Assembly (NCBI GenBank): GCA_963798915.1
Contig: CAWCVB010000003.1
Coordinates: 96,001-160,000 of the forward strand
Direction of reading: 5' to 3'
Source: an uncultured Gemmatimonadales bacterium
GTDB taxonomy: Bacteria > Gemmatimonadota > Gemmatimonadetes > Gemmatimonadales > GWC2-71-9
DNA: 64,000 bases
In this document: in pieces, positions 52,001-61,598 of the stretch
Numbering within the stretch: position 1 is the first letter of the stretch
How the letters are laid out: every line of letters starts with the position of its first letter
Notes under the pieces: generated by a model
What the model was told of the DNA's origin: nothing
The model's database searches: none
What the model saw: only the letters and a program-made list of their open reading frames with translations
Program-made: the position numbers and the translations under genes

Positions 52001-52460
52001 GTGGGTGCAACAGGTGCGATTGTTGTTCCTCGCCGATGCGTTCTGGCTGGCAGGCAGACGCCGGGCGGCGATGAAGGCAGCGGCACTTGGGGTGACGGGC
52101 GACTTTGCGCTGCCTTTGGCCACCGGATTCACAGGAACACACGCGCGGTGGCTAGCGCGAGTAACCGACACATCAGAGTCCGCTCACCGTTACTTAGCGC
52201 AACTCGATATTCGATCTGATGAGTTCGACTTGATCGATCGAGCTGAAATAGCCTTGGCTCGATGGATCCTTTCGGAGAGGATGGAGTTGCCACATTCCGC
52301 CGCCGCTTACGATGAGGCTACGGGGCTCCTGCGGTGTTTGCCCGATGCTGCCACGCAGTTCTTCGCACGCCTTGAGTTTGTGCTGCAGCCTCGGAGTCGC
52401 GTCTCTGCATCGGCTAGGAAGAGCGCGGCGTCAGATAACTCTCAGCGCTTATCCGACTGA
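49065..52460 (+). CDS. SARP/BTAD transcriptional regulator with AAA ATPase and TPR-like C-terminus
   Basis: REKLAELLWP wHTH, BTAD, Walker A GESGIGKT, LVIDD Walker B, helical repeats. Confidence 0.88.
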   Translation: MTARFQLRCLGEPALLRADGQAVRIKVRKHTALLIYLVLEGDRRHRREKLAELLWPNLPDADGRHSVATALTSLRAAFGQEVLDSNGNGVRWSFPHLDLDLHRLQNGQILGDEVTPPLDVAAFLDGFEVPDAAGFMLWREQQRARWHPCIRDGLVLLMDRCRRTGDSQQIEQLADRMLALDELSEEAVRAKMEARAFAGDRVNALKIFEAWRERLQEELGAVPSERIDGMAMRLRKRSWERATQHAISPVRIDQWKDRPFIGRGREHQQLYEAWERMQRGDAGHAHVLGESGIGKTTLVERLSTAAGLEGASAARVQCYDMEREIPYAAIGGLVRSLLERPGASAASPEALADLAQAVPEIRRRFPNIPAASDSIGETARLRIAEALHELVSAVADEHPLVLVIDDHHLADDASLALLHHLLRRVKGQKVMMVFIGRASELGQSPHAVRLRDNFSQFGAITLELTPMTPAECDRLVTALCPEPDRQPNAATRRALIRSARGYPMVLELLCQDWEERGERSLALALDAMTIQPDSAAAPAETFRQLYERIAQSLDPGARNVLNLAAILGHRVNDISMYSLADLSLGQTMGGISRLTELRVLRDGGDGLEFVNELIRTHAYMGVPSAMRRVLHASIAQRLIDSEQEGTEVMGLEIAWHCIRGGRVEEAVPYLLRGARQALQRGAPHSVELALCSATAVLSTASDRASAALLVVESLQEQGEWDRSLVELETLETHSITSFEWMREAQICAANSALYRYDEAQAITMAERLVGAIAQVDDPFTSAALARATSGLVLSTRSPVLAANTLEALACFDSKMLQSPGRQDWLLAQLRIRLMVGETDELEHSLKSLSLEMVETKTRSSSAAMLAIGRGGFCCATGRYQEALDHFDSALKIAIELGNSSLIASANANRALCFGMLGDFVQQVLCASEALAQERHVTGSYRQILARYHVAVGNAMGGRQSEALSAARGLEGLALESAPAWVQQVRLLFLADAFWLAGRRRAAMKAAALGVTGDFALPLATGFTGTHARWLARVTDTSESAHRYLAQLDIRSDEFDLIDRAEIALARWILSERMELPHSAAAYDEATGLLRCLPDAATQFFARLEFVLQPRSRVSASARKSAASDNSQRLSD

Positions 52461-52473
52461 ACTCCCTACAGAT

Positions 52474-53874
52474 TCAAACCTTTCGATTACCTCGCCAAAA
52501 GGAGGGCGCCGGCCAGGCAACCCGCCTGGAACGCTGAGGTTGGTCCAGGCCCGCTTCCGCAATGGCGGTATTACCGGCGATCATGCGGCGAATCGTGACT
52601 GAGCCGATAACCAAGTCGACCAATTCCGGATCAAACTGCGTACCACGACATTTCTGCAATTCGGAGATCACGATATCAAGGCCCAGTCTTTTGCGGTATG
52701 GCCTGTCAGTAGTCATTGCGTCTACCGTGTCACATACTAGTATGATTCTCGACCCAAGCGGAATGGACTTTCCCGCAAGTCCGCTCGGATAGCCTTGCCC
52801 ATCCCAACGCTCATGATGGTGGCGGACAGAGTCCTGAACAAAGCCACGGAACTTCGAGATAACGCCTACCAGCTCGGCACTCCTTGTCGAGTGCGTTTGC
52901 ATCAATGCTGTTTCCTCTGGGGTAAGGCGCGCCTCCTTGCGTAACAGAGGAGCGAATTCCTCGTGAATCTTTCCGACGTCGTGAAGCAATGCAGCAGTCT
53001 CGACTTGCTCGGCCTCACGAACCGCGAGTCCCCGCTCCATAGCGATTAGCCGCGCCAGTTCACTCACACGCACCGAGTGGCCAGAGGTGTACGGATCTCG
53101 TGCTTCAATAGCTTTGACCATCAGCTGCAGCAGTTCCTGGCCGCTGTGCTGCAGTTGGTGATAAAGGCCGTACACGTAACGAACCATGATGATCGGTGGA
53201 ATAACGAAGAATAGTCCGTACGGTCCAAAGCCCCAGGTGCGTTGCGAGTACGCGTAGGCCCAAGCTACTCCCATGGCCATTACACTCGCGCCGATGTCGT
53301 AGCCAAGAATGCCGCGGGTGTTCAAGCTCCAAACATCACGAAATTGTCGATCAGAGCTGAAAGCCACCGCGACGCTAACGAGAGCAGAATTTATGAGAAA
53401 GTAAAGCGCCGCGAATACAAAGAAGAGCCCGATGTCCCGCTGAACATCAGCGACCAGCAGCGTAGCGAATCCGCCCCCTAAGTAGGCCGGCGGAATAGAA
53501 CCGCCAAGCAGGCGGTAAACCAAGAGCGAGACTGTGACTGACAGAACTCGCTGAGCAACGTTAAAAAGGGTCTTCTTTTTTGCCGTCCCTGCTAGTGCGT
53601 GATTTATTCCGACCGAAACTCCGGCCGTCACGCCACCCCAGAATGCTCCGAAGAGCATCGCGCTGGAGATGTGCATAACAAATGAGACGGAACCGCGAGC
53701 GGAAACACGAAGTGGAATGCCAGTCTTGTCAAGCAGAAATGCGATTACAATGAAGGTTCCGATTTCCCAATAGCCCGGGAAGATCGGCGCGACCTGAAAG
53801 GATAAGACCATTGCTCCCGCCGCCGCCGCGACGGCAGCGACTATCAGCAGGTCAACCTTCGAGTCGCGTGGCAT
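52474..53874 (-). CDS. Membrane-anchored HD-GYP phosphodiesterase
   Basis: About 7 TM helices; ARDPYTSGHS, LHDVGK, HHERWDGQGYP. Confidence 0.9.
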   Translation of the reverse strand: MPRDSKVDLLIVAAVAAAAGAMVLSFQVAPIFPGYWEIGTFIVIAFLLDKTGIPLRVSARGSVSFVMHISSAMLFGAFWGGVTAGVSVGINHALAGTAKKKTLFNVAQRVLSVTVSLLVYRLLGGSIPPAYLGGGFATLLVADVQRDIGLFFVFAALYFLINSALVSVAVAFSSDRQFRDVWSLNTRGILGYDIGASVMAMGVAWAYAYSQRTWGFGPYGLFFVIPPIIMVRYVYGLYHQLQHSGQELLQLMVKAIEARDPYTSGHSVRVSELARLIAMERGLAVREAEQVETAALLHDVGKIHEEFAPLLRKEARLTPEETALMQTHSTRSAELVGVISKFRGFVQDSVRHHHERWDGQGYPSGLAGKSIPLGSRIILVCDTVDAMTTDRPYRKRLGLDIVISELQKCRGTQFDPELVDLVIGSVTIRRMIAGNTAIAEAGLDQPQRSRRVAWPAPSFWRGNRKV

Positions 53875-53903
53875 AGAAGGTATAGGGTGGGGACCCTTTT
53901 AGC

Positions 53904-53984
53904 TTAGACCCAGTCTTGGCCGTCAGCCATTAACAGCTTGGCGACAAAATTGACCATCGCCGAAACGACGTCGATAAGCAACAT
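53904..53984 (-). CDS. Small 26-aa peptide MLLIDVVSAMVNFVAKLLMADGQDWV (below the ORF-track cutoff)
   Basis: ATG..TAA in frame; strong SD AAGGGGGGTGA 5 nt upstream; 29 nt before HD-GYP start. Confidence 0.7.
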   Translation of the reverse strand: MLLIDVVSAMVNFVAKLLMADGQDWV

Positions 53985-54175
53985 GAGCGTCACCCCCCTT
54001 CGGGTACTATCCGATACTTCGGGAAGTGGCGAGCCTCGCTATGGCCCTCCAGACGCTCCGCTTTTTGGTCCGTCCGCTCGATTCCGCTTTTGGTCTTTCG
54101 ACCTGGGCCCCCGACCCGTGAGTTCCTTTCGTCAACCAGCGAGTGAACCTGCCGCCCGCACCAGTGCCTGCCGCG

Positions 54176-54976
54176 CTACTCCGGCCGGCGCATCTCCGTC
54201 CACCGGTTGGTGGCATCCAGCACCGCAAAAACCGCCGCCCGCTCGGCGCTTTCCTTGATCTCCGCCGAGCCGGTGAGGAGCAGGGAATCCCGCCCCCCCA
54301 GCCCCTGCACGCCCACGAACGCAAACTGCCGCTCGAACGCCTCCACGATGCGCGCGCCTTCCAACCCCAGCGCCACCGTGGCACTCACGTCCGCCAGCAG
54401 GCGATCGAGGACGGTGACCGCCGCCTTGGCCGCAGCCTCGACCCGGCTCCTCGGCGTGTCACTCGATTCCTCCGAGGCCATTTCGGTCTGGCTCCGATAG
54501 CTGAGCGTCACCTGGATGCCGATCCGGTGGGGCCGCTGTCCAGGGGCCACCGTCAGGTTCTCGAACAGGACCGCACGGCGCAGCACCTGCTCCCGCACCG
54601 CCGTCTGCTCCAGCGCCTCCAGCGGCCTCACCTCCGCCGTCTGCGCCACGCTGATCTTCCTATGATCCACCCGAAGTCCGAGTTGCGCCAGCAGCGCCGA
54701 CTCGATGTTCCGCACCAGTTGCTTGGGCTGCAATCCCGACTGCGCCAGGATGTGCACCTCGCTCACCTCACCCAACGGGGTGGTCACCACCCGCGCCGAG
54801 AGAATGCCCTCGAGACTGGTGAGCAGGTTCTCGGCCCGGCGTACCCCCCATGGATCCGGAATGGACTCGTTCGGAGTCTTGCCCGGATTGGTGGTCGCGC
54901 CCTGATGCCTGGCTGAGTATGGTCCCGTCACTGGTGCTCCGTATTCGGGTAATTCGCGCCACTTGTCGTCGGTCAT
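54176..54976 (-). CDS. Conserved hypothetical protein
   Basis: EVHILA..PKQLVRNIES, VDHRKISVAQ, AVLDATNR; host-like codon usage. Confidence 0.75.
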   Translation of the reverse strand: MTDDKWRELPEYGAPVTGPYSARHQGATTNPGKTPNESIPDPWGVRRAENLLTSLEGILSARVVTTPLGEVSEVHILAQSGLQPKQLVRNIESALLAQLGLRVDHRKISVAQTAEVRPLEALEQTAVREQVLRRAVLFENLTVAPGQRPHRIGIQVTLSYRSQTEMASEESSDTPRSRVEAAAKAAVTVLDRLLADVSATVALGLEGARIVEAFERQFAFVGVQGLGGRDSLLLTGSAEIKESAERAAVFAVLDATNRWTEMRRPE

Positions 54977-55023
54977 CGGTCTTCAGTCGTCAAACGCACC
55001 CGACGACCGAAGACTGACGGCCA

Positions 55024-56709
55024 TCATGCCACCACGTTTCGCCCGGCCGCCTTTGCACGGTACAACGCCCGGTCGGCCGTGACCAGCAGGTCACCCTCGC
55101 CCGGCTGCTTGGGATCGAACTCGGCAATGCCGCAGCTCACCGTGATGAGTCCCGACTCGTAGCCCAGCCGCCGGCCCACCCCTTCGATGCCGGCCCGCAG
55201 CGCCTCGGCCACCCGGGTGGCACCGGCCAGGTCGGTCCGGGTCAGGATTACCACAAACTCGTCGCCGCCGTACCGGGCCGCCACGTCCGAGGCACGCACC
55301 GCATTCCGGACCTCCCCCGCGGCAGCCCGCAGGATTTCGTTGCCGGCCTCGTGCCCGTAGGTGTCGTTGACCTGCTTGAATCGATCGAGATCCAGGAAAA
55401 GTACAGCAAAGGTCTCGCCATTCCGGCGGGATCGCTCGATTTCGAAGGACAGCCGGTCCCGGAGCACCCGGTAGGTGGACAATCCGGTCAGGAGATCCAC
55501 CGCGGCGGCCTTCTGGGCCTCCTCAGCCCGGCGCTCCTGGTACGGCAGGCACTGCCGGAGCGTGGCCCGGCCGGCGGCGGCCACTTCGGCAAATTTTTGA
55601 CAGGTGTCAAATCCGCATGCACCGCAGTCCCACGGCCGACCGTTGGGCCCCAGCCCGATGGCACCCAGGATGGCGGTCACTGTCTCGCTGTCCGGTTGCA
55701 TTCGCTCAGGCCGGATGTCAAAGACCGCGCCGACGCTCGCCACCACGGTGCGATCGAGCACCGGCGTCGGCGCCCGCGGGGGCTCGGTGCTGGCGATGAG
55801 CGCCCGGCGCCAGAAAAGCTGGTCCTTGGGCCCGGCGAGCGGGTGGTCCAGCAGCCCCTCGTAGGAGAGGATATCCACGAACCCCAGGTCCATCCGGTCC
55901 ACGCTCACCGCCCGGGCAATGGCCGGGAGCTGGTCCAGCCCGCGCACCATGCGGAAGCGCCCGCTCGCCTGCTTGAACTCTTCCAGCAGTTCGAGCGGCA
56001 TGCCGCCGGCCGCGCTCAGGTGCCGGCGCCGCTCCTCGGGCACCCGATTGAACCAGGTAGGCTGGGCCAGGATGTTCACCCCCCGCGCCCGCAGCACCTC
56101 TTCCAGGTCACCAAAGGTGATCGCGGCATCCAGGTCAGGCGCGCCCTCGGCGGCATTGACCCCGGCATGAACGATCTGCAACCCCGGCCCGAACCGAACC
56201 CGAAGGTGGCGGGCCTCGGCCACCGACGGTGTCGTGACAGGAGCGAGATAGGGAATCAGTTCTGGGTACTGGGCGCGAATGGTGTCCACCACGACCGGGT
56301 CGGTGGAACGAATGAGAGTGCCCCAGGGTTCATCCCGCCACAACTTGAGGTATTCGGCGGCAACCAGCTCGTCGCCGATGACGCCCCGCGTGACGGTCCG
56401 GAACCCCGCCTCATAACAGCCGTTGACCACCTGTTCCGGCGTGGCGGGGTAGAAATGGGCCACCATCTCGGGGCTGAGGATCAGGATACCGTCGCCCTGC
56501 GCGGCAATGGCCAGGGCACGCCCGACCTCGCCGTTGACCCGGACCGCGTCGTGCGGGCACACGGAGTAGCACTGGCCGCAACGGATGCACAGTTCGTCAA
56601 CCACCTGCAACAGCGGAGCCTCGCCGGCCACCGCGATCGCATCGGTGGGGCAGTCACGGACGCATGCCAAGCATGCGACACACGATTCCGCGTCGATCAC
56701 GAAGTGCAA
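55024..56709 (-). CDS. Diguanylate cyclase with 2x[4Fe-4S], FeFe-hydrogenase-like and FeS domains
   Basis: Two CxxCxxCxxxCP motifs, CGACGFDTC..C, RASD I-site, RYGGDEF. Confidence 0.85.
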   Translation of the reverse strand: MHFVIDAESCVACLACVRDCPTDAIAVAGEAPLLQVVDELCIRCGQCYSVCPHDAVRVNGEVGRALAIAAQGDGILILSPEMVAHFYPATPEQVVNGCYEAGFRTVTRGVIGDELVAAEYLKLWRDEPWGTLIRSTDPVVVDTIRAQYPELIPYLAPVTTPSVAEARHLRVRFGPGLQIVHAGVNAAEGAPDLDAAITFGDLEEVLRARGVNILAQPTWFNRVPEERRRHLSAAGGMPLELLEEFKQASGRFRMVRGLDQLPAIARAVSVDRMDLGFVDILSYEGLLDHPLAGPKDQLFWRRALIASTEPPRAPTPVLDRTVVASVGAVFDIRPERMQPDSETVTAILGAIGLGPNGRPWDCGACGFDTCQKFAEVAAAGRATLRQCLPYQERRAEEAQKAAAVDLLTGLSTYRVLRDRLSFEIERSRRNGETFAVLFLDLDRFKQVNDTYGHEAGNEILRAAAGEVRNAVRASDVAARYGGDEFVVILTRTDLAGATRVAEALRAGIEGVGRRLGYESGLITVSCGIAEFDPKQPGEGDLLVTADRALYRAKAAGRNVVA

Positions 56710-56745
56710 AAATGGCCGCCCTGGTCAATTGGATGGGTGGCTCGC

Positions 56746-56775
56746 AATATGCGCGTTCACGTTCAACAATGTCAA
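56746..56775 (-). promoter_or_regulatory. Sigma70-type promoter of the Fe-S DGC operon
   Basis: TTGACA, 18 bp, CATATT on minus strand. Confidence 0.55.
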
Positions 56776-56859
56776 GAGGTGAGCGGTCGCAAAGCGTGGC
56801 AAGATCGCAACTTAGCCGTTGAGGCGCTGCATCATGAAACCACGCGGCACCGGTCTAAA

Positions 56860-58368
56860 TCATTCCAGCGAATAGGCTTTGATCTTCCGGTACAATGTTC
56901 GCTCCCCGATCCCCAGCTGCTCTGCGGCCCGGCGCCGGTTTCCCCGCGCCTCCCGGAGCGCCGCCCCGATCGCCGCCTTTTCCACCTCTTCCATGGTCAT
57001 GCCGGAGCGGTAGACGACGTCCTCATCGGTGTCCTGCTCGGCAATCTGGGACAGCTCGCCGACGATCGGGTTATCGGACAGCTCGATGACTCGGACCCGT
57101 GGGGGCCCATCGTCCAGCCGGCGGCGCAGTTCCTCTACCTGCAGGCGCAGGTCCACCAGGTTCCGGAGGATGAACTCCAGTTCCTGACTCCCCATGCCAT
57201 TCTCCCGGATCATCTGGGGCACGCGCACCGGCAGCAGTGCCGGCCCCTCGAAGATGTCGGGCGGGATGTCGCTGGCCCGGATCTCGGTGCCCGGCGCCAA
57301 AACCACCATGCTCTCGATCAGGTTGCGAAGCTGGCGGACGTTGCCGGGCCAGGGAGCGTTGACCAGCCGCTCCATGGCTTCCGGCGCAATGCCACGGAAG
57401 GTACGGTCATGCAGGCGGGCAAATTCCCGCGTAAAGCGGCGAACCAGCAGCGGGATATCGCCCCGCCGCTCGCGCAGCGGCGGCAGATAGATGTTGAGCA
57501 CGTTGAGCCGGTAATACAGGTCGTCACGGAATTCGCCCAGCGCCACCAGGTCCTTGAGCGCCCGATTCGTGGCCGTGACGACCCGGACATTGACCCGGAT
57601 CGGCTGGGTGCCTCCCACCCGGAAGAAGCTGCGGCTCTCCAGCACGCGGAGCAGCTTCACCTGCACGTTGAGCGGCAAATCGCCGATCTCGTCCAGAAAG
57701 ATCGTGCCGCCATCCGCCAGCTCGAACCGCCCGAGCCGTCGTTCGGCCGCGCCGGTAAAGGCGCCCTTCTCGTGGCCAAAGAGTTCGCTTTCGAGCAACG
57801 ACTCCGGCAGCGCTGCGCAATTGACCGCGATGAAGATCTTGCCTCGCCGAGGCGACAGGTCATGCAGCGCCTTGGCCACCAGTTCCTTCCCGGTGCCACT
57901 CTCGCCCTGGATGAGCACCGTGCTGGTGACCGGCGCCATCTGCTCGATCTTGACCAGCACTTCCTGGATGGCTTCGCTCTCGCCGGCAATGCCGGTGCGT
58001 TCCTGAAGCTGCCGCCGCTCGATCAGTCGGCGGGCCAGGCCGGTCAGCTCATCGGCTGACGCGGGCTTGAGCAGGACGTCGGTGGCCCCCAGGCGACTGA
58101 CCCGGTCAGCCCGATCGGAATCCGTCGACTCCAGCAGCGCCAGCGTGGACGCCTCGGCCTCGCGCGCCAGTGCCATGAGGTGACGGGCAGGCGGCTCGTA
58201 GAGCGCGCCGGTAAGGATGATCAGCTCAGGGTGCTCCCGCCGGAGCGCGCCTGGTGCATCATCGAGCGAACTGACCATTGCCGTGCTGAACCCGGCCGCC
58301 TCCAGCGCCGCGTTGGCGCGGACGGCGGTTTCGAGATCGTCCATCGTGATGAGGATCTGGCTGGCCAT
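56860..58368 (-). CDS. Sigma54-dependent activator with atypical receiver domain and Fis HTH
   Basis: GESGTGKE, GAFTGA, WPGNVRQL, HTH; receiver has Thr at the phospho-Asp position. Confidence 0.9.
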   Translation of the reverse strand: MASQILITMDDLETAVRANAALEAAGFSTAMVSSLDDAPGALRREHPELIILTGALYEPPARHLMALAREAEASTLALLESTDSDRADRVSRLGATDVLLKPASADELTGLARRLIERRQLQERTGIAGESEAIQEVLVKIEQMAPVTSTVLIQGESGTGKELVAKALHDLSPRRGKIFIAVNCAALPESLLESELFGHEKGAFTGAAERRLGRFELADGGTIFLDEIGDLPLNVQVKLLRVLESRSFFRVGGTQPIRVNVRVVTATNRALKDLVALGEFRDDLYYRLNVLNIYLPPLRERRGDIPLLVRRFTREFARLHDRTFRGIAPEAMERLVNAPWPGNVRQLRNLIESMVVLAPGTEIRASDIPPDIFEGPALLPVRVPQMIRENGMGSQELEFILRNLVDLRLQVEELRRRLDDGPPRVRVIELSDNPIVGELSQIAEQDTDEDVVYRSGMTMEEVEKAAIGAALREARGNRRRAAEQLGIGERTLYRKIKAYSLE

Positions 58369-58696
58369 GGGGGAACTTAGGCGGGAAGACGGGAAGACGG
58401 GAAGACGGGAAGACGGGCAGAATCCACAGCAGCGCGTCACTCTGAGCGAAGCGAAGAGGCCGGAGACCGAAACTGCGAGCACGTCTTGTACGCACTGCCA
58501 GCGCATGGACCATCCGGTCCTGGCTAGAGCCCGATACGCAATCCGAGAAACACGCTTCGCCGCCAGATGGCGCGAGGTTCATGATTTTCAGGAAGCTCAT
58601 GCCGATGCGCCCAGGACGACGGGGTGACGCCGAGCTCTCCTGACATTTCCAAGTCTCTGCTCTTCGGCCGCTGCGCGGGCTCGGAGTGACAATTCC

Positions 58697-58849
58697 TCAG
58701 CCGCCCCCGTGGCCCCCTCCTGCGGTCCCGCGCAATTGCTCCACCGCATGATTCAGCAGTCCCGCGAGGACGTTCAATCCGTCGCGCACGCCGGAGCGAC
58801 TGCCGGGCAGGTTGATGATGAGGGTCCTGGCTCGGGTGCCGGCCACACC
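58697..58849 (-). pseudogene. Orphan duplicated 3' end of mog (50 codons)
   Basis: GVAGTRARTLIINLPGSRSGVRDGLNVLAGLLNHAVEQLRGTAGGGHGGG* aligns with the mog C-terminus. Confidence 0.85.
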
Positions 58850-59237
58850 AGGATGCTGGGATTGCTACTTCGGCAATAGAACTCGGGCACCTCGGACAGC
58901 GCATCCCAGTGAGCGGCGGCCCGCCACTGGTTGATGGCACCGGCCATCGCACCGCTGTCGGCCGAATTCTAGGCCCCGCTTGATATCTGCGCATTGCGGG
59001 GCCACGACGCTGTGAAATTGGAAAGGCCCGTGACGTGGCACACCAGCAAATGGAAGTTCAGCCCCTCAATAACGCGGGGGGGGGCGGTGGGCAGGTCCTG
59101 GGCGCAGGCCCAGAGCGAGACCAGCAGCCCGGGGGGCCTTGCGAGGTACGGCTTTCCGAACCAGATCTAGCGGCGGGCATGCAGCTGCCTTCGCCGCTGC
59201 GGTGCTCGCAGTAACACCGCCCATGGAGGTAATCCCC

Positions 59238-61420
59238 ATGTATCTCCAGCTCCGCACTCCGGCTGCCATCGCATCACTCCAATATCCGGGTAATGCGCTG
59301 AAAGTGCCGGGATATTTCGCTTTGCTCATGCTGATCTTGACGGCCACTGCCGTCGCCCAGTCCCAAGAACCGCCGGTCGCCCGCCAAGTGGACACCGTCG
59401 ACCACGTGTTTGGCCTGACCATGCCTGATCCGTACCGCTGGATGGAGGGCGAGAACAACGCCGAGTTCAGCGCTTGGCTCACAGCGCAAGGAGCGGCCTC
59501 GCGCCGCAAGCTCGATTCGCTGCCCACACTGGCCAGTTGGCGCGAGCGGCTGACCGGGGCCGCGGGGGCTACCACGAGGCATAGCAGCCACCGGCAAGTG
59601 GGCGGGCGGCTGTTCTTCCTGCGCGCGCCCGCCGGCAAGGAAGCGATGCTGATGGTCCGCGAGCCCGACGGCCGCGAGCACGTCATTGTCGATCCCGCCA
59701 AAGACCCAGGCAGCAGCCTGAGAAAGTACAGCGTGTCGCCGGACGGCGCCAAGGTCGCCGTTAATATCGGCCACGGCGGCAACGAAATCAGCGAGCTCGC
59801 GCTGTTCGACATCGTCACCGGCACACGGTTGCCGGACACCCTCAAGCCGGTATGGAGCGAGTTCGACGCGAACTGGCTGCCGGACGGCAGCGGATTCTTC
59901 TATACCCGCATGCGTGACATCCAGCCGGGCGATGCGGACCCGCGCAGGGGACGGCCGCCTACCTGCACCGGCTCGGCCAGCCCCAGGCGAACGACCGCCT
60001 GATCGCTCGCGCCGGCGCCGATGATGCGCTCAAGATTCCGGCGCACGACTTCCCCATCATGTGGCTCCAGCCGAACAGCGACTGGATCGGACTGGTCATC
60101 GGCGGTGCCCGCGCGTCGCAGGGCACCTGCTTGGCGCCACGCGCGGAAGTCTTGGCCGGCAACCCGAAGTGGCGCTGCCTGATCGACGTGGCCGACAACG
60201 TGCAGAGCGGCGCGCTGCATGGGAACACGCTGTACATGCTGTCGGCGAAGGATGCGCCGAACCGGCGTATTCTGGCGCTCGATCTCAGCGATCCGAAAGC
60301 ACGCTGACTGATGCGCGGGTCGTCGTACCCGAACGCACCGATGCCGTGCTGACCGATCTGGCTGCCGCGTGCGACGGGTTGTATCTCAAATTGATGCGCC
60401 ATGGCCTGGACCACATCGAACGGATGGATTATGCGAGCGATGCGCTCCATCCAGTCGCCATGCCGGGCGACGGCACCGTCGCGCTCATGCGGACCGATCC
60501 GCGGCAGGATGGCGCCTTGCTGTCGCTGGAAGGCTGGATCACGCCCCGCAAGGTCTATCGGTACAACCCGGCCAGCGGCAAGCTTACCGACACCGGCCTC
60601 GGCACGCTCGGTGCGCCGGTGTATGCAGAGGGACCGCTGAGGAGATCGAAGCTACCAGCGCCGATGGCACCAGGGTGCCACTGAGTGTGATTCACCCACG
60701 GGCGCTCGCCAGGGACAGCACCGCGCGCGCCATCGTCTTCGGTTACGGTGGCTACGGCATGAGCATGCAACCGTTCTTCGCTCCGCTCTTCCAGGAATGG
60801 CCCAAGGCGGGCAATGTGATGGCCATCTGCCATGTGCGCGGCGGCGGTGAAAACGGCGACGCCTGGCGCACCGCCGGCACCGGCCCCAACAAGCAGCGCG
60901 GCATCGAAGATTTTATCGCCTGTGCTAAGGAACTGACCAGACGCGGCTACAGCAGTCCGCCGCGCACGGCGGGCTTCGGCGGAAGCATGGGTGGCATCCT
61001 GACTGGTGGCGCCTACACGACCGCGCCGGCGGCGTGGGGCGCGATGATGGTGCAATCGGGCATCTTCAATTCGGTGCGGCTGCTGGCGGCCAAGAACGGC
61101 GCCAATCAGATCGCCGAGATGGGCGATCCGCGCACCGCGGAAGGGATGAAGCAGTCTGTTGGCGATGGATCCATACCAGCACGTCCGTGACGGGACAACG
61201 TATCCGCCGCTGCTATTGGTCACGGGGGCGGTTGATCAGCGGGTGGCGCCGTAGGAACAGCGGAAAGTTCGGTGCGAGGGTGATGGCGGTGTCACCGGCC
61301 ACACCGGTCTGGTTCCGCACTGACGACCAGTTTGGCCACTTCGCGACCAACGCCAACGTTGCGGCGCTGGAATTGGCGGATGTCTTTGCTTTCGCCGATG
61401 CGCAGACGAAGGCACCTTGA
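59238..61420 (+). pseudogene. S9A prolyl oligopeptidase with about five frameshifts
   Basis: GGAGG RBS; DPYRWME, GYGGYG, VRGGGENG, GGSMGG, D.RV, GH spread over several frames. Confidence 0.8.
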
Positions 61421-61598
61421 AGATGGCGCTAACCCGGATCCCCGCCCACGTCCTGCCCCCGCGCGCGCCACGGTACGGCCAGTTCTCAGCGCCGCGAGGC
61501 CATCCCGCACACTGCCCAACTTCCCGAAGCAGGCAGGAAGATCCTTCAGTCGCTGCGCGACCTCTGCATGACACGCGCACACTCACCGCGCTCCACTC

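Noticed and set aside
55351..58059. 902-aa plus-strand ORF and similar long shadow ORFs
   Set aside because: Antisense to well-supported genes; expected at high GC
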